A stretch of DNA of 64,000 bases from Geosiphon pyriformis uo1. Lineage: Eukaryota > Fungi > Glomeromycota. The stretch covers positions 685,222-749,221 of the forward strand of contig JAAOMT010000659.1 in assembly GCA_016748015.1 (NCBI GenBank), given 5' to 3'. The notes beneath the pieces were generated by a model. That model saw nothing but the letters and a program-made list of their open reading frames with translations. It did not search any database and was not told the origin of the DNA. This document shows, piece by piece, positions 40,543 through 52,577 of the stretch (position 1 is its first letter; each line of letters opens with the position of its first letter). A program made the translations under genes and the position numbers.

Positions 40543-41026
40543 TGTTGTTCTGACTAGTCTTAGTGTCTGGTCGCGTGTAGTGAAGGCATGATTCACACCT
40601 AGTTTAGATCATTTATATGATGTATAGCACTAGGTGGCATTTGGACTTCACTCGTTAAACTTTAAAAAAAAAAAAAAAAAAATTCAAATACATATTACTT
40701 TTAGCCAACTAATAATCTATTTTTAGTTCAAAAAAAATCTGTATAAATTCTTAATTCTAAAAAAAAAGATTTCAAAAACCAATAAGTGTTTTTATTAAAC
40801 TGAATTTTATAATAATAATAATAATATTTTTTTAATTTACAAAGTTTAAATAATTTGTTATTTTATTAACTTAATTTTAAATAACAGATTATTTGTTAAT
40901 ATTATTGTTAAATACTTTTTTAAAGTAATTGATAAAAAAATTAATAAATCTTTAATTTAGCTTATAATTAATATATATAATAATAAAGAAAAAGTTTTAA
41001 TATAATTAAAGCTATTTTGTTTATAT

Positions 41027-41716
41027 TATTATAGATTAGAATAATAAGCTAATAAATAATAAAATAAAACAGAATTATATGATTAATAAAATTAAAAAGA
41101 AAATTTTAACTTTAAAATATAAATTAAATTAATATAAATTTATTGTATAAGATTAATCTCATAAATATCTTAGTTGTTAATTTTTTTAAAAAATAACAAA
41201 AAAATTTAAAAATAGAAAAATAATATATTAATATAATTTTATGTCTTATATTAATATTTTTAAAATTTAATATCAGATATTAATTGCATTTTTCAATAAT
41301 ATTTATTTAATAATTTTTAAAACTAAAAATTATAAATAAATACCAACAAATAATCTTTTATTCATAAATGTTTAAATACTTAAAAAAACAAAAAAAATAA
41401 ACAAATTAAAAAAATTAAATATTTAAAAATAATTTCTATTATTTTGATTTATATATATCAAATATATTAAAATATGTTTTTTTATAATTAAAAAATATAT
41501 TACTTATGTAACTATTTAAAATAACTATTAATTAAATTAATAATTAAGTTAATGATTAAGTTATTAATTAAATTAATAATTAAGTTAATAGTCAGATTAT
41601 TAATTAGATTATTAATTAGATTATTGATTATTTTTTAAAAATAAGATGGCTAACTATATAATATTAATAACTAATATATAAATAATTAATAAAAATTATA
41701 GTTTTTAATTATAATA
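41027..41716. repeat. Highly eroded family A LTR
   Basis: Collinear AT-shifted match to the A LTR, including the decayed 12-bp array and terminus. Confidence 0.7.
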
Positions 41717-42889
41717 TTATGTTTTATATTATAAATATTTATATATAATTTTATATAAAAGTTTTGTTTTTAAAAAATAATTTTATTGTTTTAAAGTTAG
41801 TTAATTTTGTTTGTAATTTGGTAATTGGTCATAAAAAAAAGATTTAATTAGCTTAAATTTAAGACTAAATTAGAAAAAAATAACAGATTATATATAAATA
41901 ACTTTGTATTTTTTGTTGTATATAATCTTTTAATTATTATATTTTATAATATAATATAAATACTTAATATTATAAAAGCTTATATTATAGTTTTTGGTTT
42001 AAAATAAGCTGTTTATTTTTTTGGTTTTAACAATAATGTTATAATAAAAATAAATACATAATATAGTTTTAATTGGCTTAAGTGGTTATATATAACAAAC
42101 ATTTAAATTATGTTTAATATAAATACTTAATTTGTATTAAATTGTGATTGGGCTTTGTTTATTAAATAAATAAATATTATTAAAACTAGTTTTAGTGTAT
42201 TTTTTTAATTAAAAAAAAAAGTGCTTTTAAATTAATTAAAGACAGAAAATTTCAAGAAAAACATTTCAATAATGTGGTGTTTAATTGTTTTTACTACCAA
42301 AAAGACTTCTAAGCAGTAATATACTGTTACAGATTGGAGTAACAAGCTAATGGATAGCAAGGGAGAACAGTATTGTATGGTGATGGAAATAAACAAAGAG
42401 GGAATTACAATAAAGGAGCGAATTAAATGAGTAAGGATTTAATATGCATAATCAGTCTCATAAAAATCACAGTTGCTAATCTTTTCTTAAATCTGAAGGT
42501 AGAGGAATAGTCCATGATTGTCAACAAGATAACACCACTGCTATTATTTTATGTTTCAACTCGGCAATTCTTAGAATCAATAACAGGTATCATTGTGCTT
42601 TTTAATCATTTCTTTTATTCAATGAATTACAAGAGCAAGCCAATTGCTTCTTAGGCTAATTCTAACAAATACAAATCAAAAAGGGGAAAAGATAAGGTAT
42701 GTAAATGCCAACAAGTAAATACTTGAAGGTAAAAAAAGGGAAATAAGCAATATGAGAGGAAGTAATTGATATTGTTTTATTTCATTACTTTGATCATGTT
42801 TTTCTACAGCTAAGGGAATCATCACTTATATAGTTATCTAAAAATAGGGTGGCTAATTATATGACATCAGTGGCTAATACATGTGATAA

Positions 42890-43546
42890 CTAATAAAAAC
42901 TTTGGGTTTCAACCATAACATCATCCTCTTCAAAGAGATTGAGCTCCAGCAAAATTAAGCTATTTATGAGATAGTCTATGTGAAGAGTTTTGTCTAACTC
43001 AAAACTAACTAGTTTGTTGAAGTCTTTTGTAGACAAGGTATATAATACTTGAGGTGAAATAAGTTTTGTATCCAAGAGACCAAATCTTTGTATAAGAGTT
43101 CTGACTCTTCTAGCAATGATCAAAACTCTTAGAACATCTAATCGTATAATGCCCAAAATTTCCACTTGTATCTCTGAAGTTGTTTTCTTCATGAGCTTCA
43201 TGTCTTCTATGATTTCACCAAGACAACCATAGAGTTCTAGTTGTCTTCCATATGACAAGTTTTTGTCTATAGGCAAGATTTCTTGTATTGTTTTTCCAAT
43301 TGTGCTGAAAAGTGAAAGTATCACTGCTGTTATGCTTTCCAGCAGGTATTTATCCATTTTGCCACCAATTCTTTCTCTTCTGGTAGTTGTTTTCTTTGGT
43401 CTGATAACAGTGTGAGTTCTACTGTTGTCTGTTATGGTGGTTTGTTTTCCAATAGTCAGAGTAGTATTTGGATAGTTCTTGATCCAGTACTCATGAAGAG
43501 TATAGAAAGTGTTTTAAATGTTTTGATCCAGGAAATAATTGTTTAT
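42890..43546 (-). pseudogene. A3 ORF3
   Basis: Homologous to A1 ORF3; start ATG>ATA; stop lies inside the LTR. Confidence 0.82.
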
Positions 43547-43587
43547 GTTGATTGAAGATACCTCTGTTTTGGAAATGGTGCATTTAT

Positions 43588-44901
43588 TTATATCTGATTT
43601 TTGCTGATCATTTGGGTTGGTATTACCACAACAGGTAACCAATTAGGTTATTTGTGATATTTCTTGAGTCGCATGTCATGAACAGGACAATCACTGAATA
43701 TTGTTCCATATTGATCTTGTAGGATATATAAACCATTGTTCAAAACTTTGTTGACTATAAAAAATCTTTTCCAGTGGCTGGAGAATTTATCACCATAAAC
43801 ATTGTCTTTGTCTGAACGGTATTCCAAAACTAAGTGACTAACACTTAAGGAAAGTGTTTTATAGGTCTTTTTCTTTTTGAGCTTCTCTTGAAATTGTTTT
43901 ATCTTTTCAAAGACAATTATCCGTGCTTCTACCAATGAGTCAAGAATGGTACCAAGTCTTCTTTGCAAAATGTTCTTATAATCTCTTATTGTTATTTCTT
44001 CAAAAAGTATTGTTTCTATATTTATTTCTATTGGTAGAATTGCTATTTGTCCATAGAGCAGATAAAAGGGTTCATAACTTGTTATGTTATGATTCACAGT
44101 TCTGTAAGCAAACAAAGCTGAAGGCAATATTTTGTCCCATAAGTTGGTTTCTTCACTGGTTTTGGCTAGGGTTTTACATAGTGTTCTATTGAAACGTTCC
44201 ACTAGGCCATTTGTTTAGGGGTGATAAGAGGAAGAGAGTTTATGACATATTCCCATTTTTCTGCAAAGTTCTTCAACCAGTGTACTGAAAAAAGCTCTTC
44301 CTCTATCAGATAAAAGTTCTTTGGGGCAGCCATGGTGACAGATAATATCATCATAAATGAAATTGGCAATTGAGACTGCTGTTTGATCTGGGGTGGCTCT
44401 TGCTTCTACTCACTTTGTAAGATAGTCGGTAGCTGTGATAATGTATCTGTTGCCATCAGGAGTTACTGTTAAAGGTCTAACAACATCTATACCAATTCTG
44501 TCAAATGGTTGACCAACAGAGATCGGATGGATATCTTCCTTGCGATTGGGTTTTCCTCTTCTTTGACAGGTATTACAGGTTTTGATATATTCAGCAATGT
44601 TTTTTCCAAAGGTAGGCCAATAATAGCAAGCTAAAGTTTTCTGGATTGTTTTTGTTTTTCCAAAGTGTCCAGCTAATGGATCAGTGTGCATATTGTAGAT
44701 CACAATTTCTCTTTCTTCAAATCTGATGACTCTCTGGAGGCGGTCAGGATCTTTTCTATTTCTTTTATATAACTGGTTCTGGCAAATCAAATAGAAATTT
44801 GATTGTTTGTGCAAATGTTCTCTTTGCTGTCGAGTATAATCTGGTGGGTATTGTCCTTTACCCAAAAATTCTATTAAGGCAGAGTAGTTGTTCAAGCCCA
44901 T
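43588..44901 (-). pseudogene. A3 integrase, separate ORF
   Basis: MGLNNYSAL start; HHCC, RIGIDVV, NGLVERFN, GPF-like motif. Confidence 0.9.
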
Positions 44902-44965
44902 TATCGTGTTTGTTTGTAGGGGAGTTACAAATAATTAAGTTGGTTTGGTTTGAGAGAGTTTACTA

Positions 44966-47656
44966 TCACTGGATGGTAAGTCTGGAGAGAGCGTCGGCAT
45001 TTTGATGATTAGCTTCTTTGCAGTGTTGAATGTCATATTCGAATTCATCCAAGTAGAGTATCCAGCGAGTTATTCATTTATGTTCCAGGTTTCTTTTGTT
45101 ACATAGCCAAACCAAAACTTGGTGATCTGTTATCACCAAAAATTTCACACTCTTAAGATATTTGTCCCAGTAGCTGGTAGCCCAAACTACTACTAAGCAT
45201 TCTTGCTCAGTGACTGAGTAGTTTCTTTCTGCTGATGTAAGAGTTCTACTGACATATGTTACAGCATGTTCCCTGCCATTTTCGTCTTTCTGGAAAAGAA
45301 CAGCACCAAGTCCATAACCAGATGCATCAGTATGGAGGATAAAAGGTTGATCCAGATTAGATTGCATAAAGATGGGTTCTGTAACCAGTTTTTCCTTTAG
45401 AATTTCAAATGCTTTTTGTTGATAAATGCCCCAGTGATAATTGATGTTTTTCTTAAGTAGCTAATTGAGAAGAGCAGCAATTTTGGAGAAATTCTTGACA
45501 AACTTGCAATAATAAGAGGCCAAACCAAAAAAAAAGTGTAGTTCATGAACATTCATTGGTTGTCTAATGTTTTGAACTTTTTCAATTTTGGCTGGATCAG
45601 GGAAGATTCCATCTTTTGTAATAAGATGGCCAAGGAACTGGGTGGATTGATGTCCAAAGAATGATTTGATTGGATTGATCTTAAGACCAGCATTTCTAAG
45701 AAGGTCAAAAACCTTTTGCAAATGTTCAAGATATTCATCCCAGGTTTTTGAGTATACCATTATGTCATCCAAGTAGACTAAGACAAAGTTTACTTTACTG
45801 ATTCAAATATTTTGTCCATTAAGCATTGAAAGGTGAAAGAAGCATTTGTGAGACCAAAAGGCATGACTGTGAATTTGTAGGTGCCATATTTGGTGATGAA
45901 GGCAGTTTTTTTTCTGCTTTCTGGATCCATCTCTACTTGCCAGAATCCAGCAGTTAAGTCAATGGTTGAGAAGAAAGCAGCACCATGAAATTGGTCTAGC
46001 ATTGCATCAATCTTGGAAAGTAGGTACATGTCTCTTTCAGTAATGGCATTTAGTTGGCGATAGTCAACACAAAAGCATAAGGTTCCTCCTTTCTTGGATA
46101 CCACTACAACTGGAAATGCCCATTCACTCTTGGTTTCCTGTATGAATCCAAGATTTTTCATTTGGGTTATTTTCTTTTTGATAAACTCATCATTGCGCCA
46201 GTTGGATTGATAAGGCTTCAAATGGATGGGGTGAGTTTCTCTGGTGATGATGGTGTGTTGTATCACATGTGTATGTCCAGGGGATTCACTTTCTTTTGAG
46301 ATAACTGGGCTGTTTCTAGCCAGCAGATTTTCAATGTCTATCTTTCTTTCTTCTGGAGAGAGTTCTCTTTGTTTTACAACCAGTGATTGGATTTCAGGTG
46401 GTTCATTTTCAAAGGACTTTTGGACTTCTTTTATTTCCTCTCGGGATATCAAACTGATTGGTTCCCAATTTTTGTAATAGATCAGGCAGGACATGTATTT
46501 ATCACTAAGAGAATACAATGGTTTGTTGCACCAGCACCAGGCACAAGGACCATGCCACCAATAACTGTATTTGGCTTTCTTGCCTGGCTTTCTGTCAAAG
46601 GTTCTTTTGAGCATGTCATAATAAGGCCAGCAGATTAGCTTGCCATTGACAATGATTCCTTCTTTATCTGCCTTGACATTATCTAGTGGTTTGTTATTGC
46701 TGGTAAAGATGGTATAGGCGAGTTCAATAGTTTCTTCTTGTTCTTCTTGTTCTTCTTCTTCCTCACTTTCTTCATCATCTGATTTGTCTGATTCATTTTC
46801 TTCTGGGTTCTGCTTGGATACTGAGAGTTGTCCAATGGCAACACTTAACCACAATGGGTTTCTTACTACATCTGATGGTTAGTTCACAGAGTTTATAATT
46901 AAGCAAAGCTTTTGCTTTCTTGAGCCATTCATTGCCAACAATGATGGTGTATTCTTTCACTTCAGATACTTCCATATCAGTTTCAATGCTGATGCCATTG
47001 ATGCGGACAGGAATAGCTTTGGCTATGCCAAGTCCTTTTTTCTTATCACCATGCACATTGGTCATTGGTCGTGTGAATGGTTCATCAATTTTTTTGCCAA
47101 TTGCTTCAAAAAAGTGTTTAGCAATAATACTAACAGATAATCCACTGTCTAGGATCAAATCGATGAAGTAGCCAGCCACTTGGGCTTTGCAAATTAGAGG
47201 AATGACATTGCTATTGTCAGCAAATCCAGCTTGGCAAGAATGTTTGTTGGTTTTGGGTGTCTTTTTCTTTGGAATCAGAGATTTGTGAAGATCTTTTCTG
47301 AATTGTGGATGGGTCATCAATTGGCCAAAGATTATATGTGCTGGGGTTTCCATGAGGTCTTTGACAACAGAATAGGGGCCGGATTTTTGTACTATTTCTG
47401 GGGGTTCCAACTTTGGAGGGTTTTTGAAAACTTTGGCTTTTGGGGGCTCATTGTTGTCAGCAGTTGATATAGAAGCTTTATTGGAGTCCAGAACAAAATC
47501 AACTTTGGCTTTCTTCTTCTTTCTTGTGAATTCAGAGGGGTTGATTGCTAGTTCATCCATGTCATGGTCATCATCAGTTAAGTTAAAAGTGTAAAAGGAG
47601 TTTTCTTCTGGTTGGCTTGCACTCTCACCCTTTGGAGGTGCACTTACCAGTTTAAA
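44966..47656 (-). pseudogene. A3 pol: protease-RT-RNase H (reached by -1 frameshift)
   Basis: LILDSG, YLDDIMVYS, HTDASG; ends NADALSRLTIQ then TGA. Confidence 0.9.
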
Positions 47657-49197
47657 GGCTGATAAACAGTGGCTTCAACTAGGGGATCCTCTCCAAAGAA
47701 GTTGATGTTGGCATGATTGGATCTTTGGTTGAGAACATTGTTGTTGTTGGGTCTGTTGTTCTGGGCATCATTGTTTCTGGGAACTGGTGGAGGCAGTGGA
47801 AGATTGTTGTAATCTTTTGAAAAGTGTCCAGTTAATCCACAGCAATAGCATACAGATGGGCCACAATTTTGTTGTCTTTGATAAGGTGGTTGCTGAGACT
47901 GATTGAAGCATGATTCAAATCTGGGTCTTTGTGGTTGTTGATTTTCTCTGACTGCTTGGGCTAAGAGTTCTAATAACTGGGCAAAATTTGCTGTGAGTCT
48001 GTCTATTAACTGTTCATTTGGATTTTGAATGTGAGTGGCAAAAGAAGTAGCAGCCATTTGAGAGGCAAGAGCCATGACAGAAGCAGGAGCAAAAACTGGT
48101 AGTGTGGATCTCAAGTGCATCCTTTGGTTATCTTCAATTCTTTGTGCTAATTCAATGGCCATATTCATGGTGGGGTTATCTTTCAGGGCCAGAAGAGGCC
48201 AAAGAGCATATAATAGATCAGTTCTCAATCCTTTTGTGAAGGAGTGAATTTTCTGTTCTTCTGTCCAATTTCTTCCAGAGTCTACACGTTTGATTAGCTT
48301 TCTAATAGCCTTGGCATATTCAGTCACTACTTCTCCAGAATCTTGGGTTCTTTTTTCCAATTCCATGTGCCATTTTAATATTAATATTAGGGTTCTGAAC
48401 TTGGTCTCAAATCGGGTAGTGAAAGAGGTATTTTCTTCTCCAGCATTAATTGGTGTCCATCTGATTATTCTGTTTTGAGCATTGGCATCTGTTTCTTTTG
48501 AGAACCAGATAGCAGAAGAGCCTTGGAGGTAGCCACTAACAATTTAGAACTTGTATTCTTCATCATACTGGTTGGCTGTGGCAGCTCTCTCAAAATCATC
48601 CAACCATTCAATTGGATCTTGTGTATCATCTCTAAATAGTGGTAGTAGGATATTGTTTCTTCTTTCTAGAGCAGTTTGTATACCTTGGAGAGCGGCCAGA
48701 ATGTTTGCTTGTATGGAGTCATTAGCCATTGGTTCAAGGGTAACTGTTTGTGTAGATAAGTCTGATTCACTTGATAAAAGGTCAAAAACAGGAGCAGTTT
48801 GGTAGCTTTCTTCTTCTGTTTCAAAGGAAGTTTCAGTTGCTTGATGGGCAGCAATCCAAATGTGGATTTGATGATTCAGATATTCGAAATCAGGGGGTTG
48901 TTGTTCAAAGGTTGCAGAATATAAAAGCTGATTAATACTGTTGTTTCTTTCTTCAAAGTTGTTTTCAAAATAAGCTTGGTCAAAGTAATAGGTTGTATAA
49001 GCTGTGTAGGTTTCAGCTAAATGCTCATTCAGAATCCAGTTCCAAAAGTCTTGGAATTGTCTACTGGATTGTTCTTTAAGAGGGAAACAGATCAAGCAGA
49101 AGAGCAGAGGATTAAGTTCAATAAAATCTAGGTCATTTCTGTTGTGTGCTGCAAAGTATTCTTCTGATTGCTGTGGCAGATATGAGTAATTACCCAT
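47644..49197 (-). pseudogene. A3 gag
   Basis: Retrotrans_gag-like core and CX2CX4HX4C knuckle (intact in A2); conserved end PLNW-stop. Confidence 0.88.
47650..47656 (-). promoter_or_regulatory. -1 ribosomal frameshift slippery heptamer T TTA AAC
   Basis: In gag phase just before the gag stop; the -1 frame is open into pol; also at 9129-9135 and 23434-23440. Confidence 0.8.
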
Positions 49198-49766
49198 ACA
49201 ATGAGGAAATAAGTGAATTTTGACAACTTCACAGGAAGCACCACTTTTATGTTATGGGTTGGAATAACAAGCTAATGGATAGCAAGAGAAAACAGTATTG
49301 TATGGTGATAGAAATAAACAAAGAGGGAATTACAATAAGGGAGCAAATTGAATGAGTAAGGATTCAATATGCGTGATCAGTCTCATAAAAATCACAGTTG
49401 CTAATCTTTTCTTAAATCTGAAGGTAGAGGAATAGTCTGTGATTGTTAACAAGATAACACCGCTGCTATTATTCTATGCCTCAACTCAGCGATTCTTAGA
49501 ATCAATAACAGGTATCGTTGTGCTTTTCAATCATTTCTTTTATTCACTGAATTACAAGAGCAAGCCAATTGCTTCTCAGATTAATTCTAACAAATACAAA
49601 TTAAAAAGAGGAAAAGATAAGATATGTGAATGTCAACAAGTAGATACTTGAAGGTAAGAAAAGGGAAATAAGCGATATGAGAGGAAGTAATTGATATTGT
49701 TTTATTTCATTACTTTGATCATGTTTTTCTACAGCTAAGGGAATCATCGCTTATATAGCTATCTAA

Positions 49767-49855
49767 AGTGGTCAACGACCAGGTCAATGATCAGGTCAAT
49801 GATCAGGTCAATGATCAGGTCAATGATCAGGTCATTGATCAGGTCAACGGTCACT
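49767..49855 (-). promoter_or_regulatory. 12-bp tandem array (GATCAGGTCAAT) in the A LTR U3, just upstream of TATATAA
   Basis: Present with variable copy number in all A LTRs except 42325-42920. Confidence 0.7.
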
Positions 49856-50727
49856 ATCTAAAAATAGGGTGGCTAATTATATGACATCAGTGGCTAATAC
49901 ATGTGATAACTAATAAAAACTTTGGGTTTCAACCGTAACAATACTTATTATAAAAAAAATAGTGGTTACTTTTTGTTTTGATTGTAATCATTAAAATTAG
50001 AGTATGTTATTTTCTTAATTTTAAGTTATTTAATTTAAATGTTTTATTTATCTTGAATTAAGCATTCCGCAAATATCTTTTATCAATTTTGTATTTTAAA
50101 CTGGTTGCGAAAATTGGACTTGAAATCTAAATGCTAAAATATCAAAATTCAACACTGATAAAGCTATATATCGAACCGAAAATACTTTGAAGATTGGGCG
50201 AATTTAAATTTCTACCCTCTGAATGATAAATTCAAGTCCTCAAAATCCAAGACTCATGTAGTAAAAATTTTGATTTTTCTGTAAAATCTTTTGCCACCAT
50301 ATTCGACTTTGTTTGCTTAGCTACATGCTTTAACGTGTGAGGGCTATTTAGGCAATCTGTATTTCCCCTTGCATCAAGATCAAAATCTTGCCTTTTTGTA
50401 TTTGCTATCTTTCGTTCCAAAATATCGGCTATTTTATCCAATTAAGAACAAACATGTCGCTTTCCAATTCGATTCCAGTTAATTAGTTAGCTTCCCTTCA
50501 TAGCTCTAATTATTTTACTCATCGTAGCCCTGTGGCAACAAATAAATTAGTAAAGCTAGCAAAAGTCGAAAAAACCACGACCTACCTTACACTTGGATAG
50601 ATTTGGAATTGTTACTTTCGAATGTTTCAAAGCTAAACTATTAAGTTTATAATCCAAATTGTGCCCGTATATGTACCAAAATTCCCAAATGGATGGTTGA
50701 AATCCAATAATATACAAATGTCAGTTC

Positions 50728-52228
50728 TCAAGAATCTTCATCCTCAGATGACTCCTCACTGTTGCTATTTCCTGCTAAAAACAATTCGCGCTGAAATCTT
50801 TCCGCGAATTCTGCAACATTATGACCTTGAGAAAAATCGATCATTTCACGAGGGTATCGATTAACAGCAAACGGTGGGCTGTGAGCTTGGCTGGCCTCGG
50901 CTTGAGTCTCTATTAGCCTTAAATCGAGTCTTAAGTTGGCTATTGTAGGAAATCAAAATAGTGAGCTCAAACGTGTAAAATCTGGTGAGAACTCTAAAAT
51001 CAACAGACCACTCAATATTTCGTCCCAGCTGTATAATAGACTGTCGGTCATGGGACCAAACGGGTTAAAATCGATCAACCAAACCCTTTCTCGATTTCGG
51101 GTAACGTAGACATCGAATACGTCTTTGATAAGAATATGTTAGACCGATGGAAAATTTAGAAGTATATTCAAAGTAAAAGTAATAGAAACTATACAATTGA
51201 GATTTGAAAATTTATGCTGAATATTATCCAAGAAGAATTGAACTATCTTGGCCTTTAACTCTTCTTTGATCTCGTTGAGGAAAGGATAATAATTCACATC
51301 CCTTTGTGAAATGGCTATAATGAATAAAATATCTCAGTCATTAAAGTATAGTTTTATAAATTAAATAATTTTTGTCTTACCAATTAATCCTTGATTTTTT
51401 ACAAAACAACGAAATTCCATTGAGGTGACTACATCATACCATTTTCGTAAAATTAATTCGAAAGTTTCAGGTTGTGTTCTTCTAGGCGATTCATCGTTAT
51501 CATAGCAGCAATTATCGAAAGCATGGTCAAGATCATGTGCAATGAAATCTGAAGACTTGAGAAGAAGGAAGACATCAGAGGGGGAGTTACATTTTAAGGT
51601 ATTGGTTGCCGATATCCAGATCGCGTCCTTTTAATAATCGTGTTAGAGAATTGAGGATCAACTCAAAGTTTGAAACAAGCAAGTCTTCAACTTTTATTTT
51701 CTGACCCTCGGAGAACTCCAATTCAATTTTGGGAAGACTGCTCCATCAAAATCATTGATTGCCTCCCCTATTTGTTGCTCTAGCTCGGGAAAATTTGGTA
51801 GGATTTCCTGTGGAGACAACGAAAATAAAGTCAACATATTGAATGTGTAAAAATCAATTGGAAAGAAAATTTTTATAGAAAAATAATGCCTCGTCATCGT
51901 TTGCGTCACAGTCGGCTTCGTCTTCTTCGTCACTGAGTTCCTTAAAACGGTTGCTTTCTAAATAGCTAACACAGAAATAGTTGGTAGAAGCCCTTACGGA
52001 CAAAAAGAAACGACCTGATGTAACTTACTTTCGATCTGGAAGAAAAACACCGTCGGCGTGAAGATAATCTATAAATTCTGCGGGAAGTGGCTTTATAACT
52101 TTAGATTTCAGAGTTACCCGTCGAAACCTTTCGTACCAAGCAGAAAATGCGCAATTAAGTATATGTTGTTCTGAGAGTTCAGGAAAAGAGTTTTGGTCTG
52201 AAGGAGAATCTCTTATTGTTCCGGGCAT
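50728..52228 (-). CDS. CDC123: Cdc123/D123 ATP-grasp eIF2 assembly factor (multi-exon)
   Basis: [61 protein letters not shown] motifs; spliceable into one frame ending EDEDS-stop. Confidence 0.92.
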
Positions 52229-52577
52229 GTTTGTTCGCGACTTTTCAGCAAAAATGTTATTTTGGAAATCGGAAATGAAACGAAAGGGTTGAGCATATGG
52301 CTAAATCCACTAATCGCTTTTTAACACGTTATCTAAAATAAAGTTGCTTTTATGAGCATCCGGGTAACACCGTTTCTAAATGTAAGCAATGATATTCCGT
52401 GATTTTATTTAAGTTATTTCCCAGATCAATTTTGAGATAAAATATAATAAATTCTATCTTCTAAAACCTCGTACACAAAATCTCAATTAAAGATTGATTG
52501 CTCCTTTTCCTCCCTCTCTTCTTTGTTTCTCCCTCTCTCTTTGCTTCTCCTTCTCCAAAACGAGTTTGCTGCTGGAA
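52229..52577. promoter_or_regulatory. Probable bidirectional promoter
   Basis: 349 bp between divergent ATGs; CT-rich tract before DNAJC3. Confidence 0.55.

Larger units (their letters stand above)
33913..40680 (+). mobile_element. Full-length non-LTR retrotransposon (LINE) with APE, RT, RNase H and CCHC
   Basis: Two ORFs; poly(A) at ~40664-40682; TSD AA(C/T)TCAAATACA at 33901-33912 and 40681-40692. Confidence 0.92.
32530..41025 (+). mobile_element. Ancient AT-eroded family A gag-protease fragment, split by the LINE
   Basis: Sequence is a C>T/G>A-saturated version of A gag/PR (e.g. the TVTPEPMA..FERAATANQY and ETPAHITFGQL regions) and continues on both sides of the LINE. Confidence 0.72.
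42325..49940 (-). mobile_element. Complete Ty3/Gypsy family A copy A3
   Basis: LTRs 42325-42920 and 49250-49940; TSD ATAC at 42321-42324 and 49941-49944; PBS 49227-49243. Confidence 0.95.

Noticed and set aside
42890-43546. ORF3 as an env gene
   Set aside because: No signal peptide, transmembrane segment or cleavage motif; too short.
49370-49430. Functional tRNA-Met gene inside the LTR
   Set aside because: Only the anticodon arm and variable region match; there is no D arm, T arm or acceptor stem in the right order.
49767-49855. AGGTCA repeats as nuclear-receptor response elements
   Set aside because: The host looks fungal and fungi lack nuclear receptors; treated only as a generic repeat array.
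1-49940. Many short antisense or alternate-frame ORFs in the ORF track
   Set aside because: They are shadows of decayed retroelement ORFs with no independent motifs.
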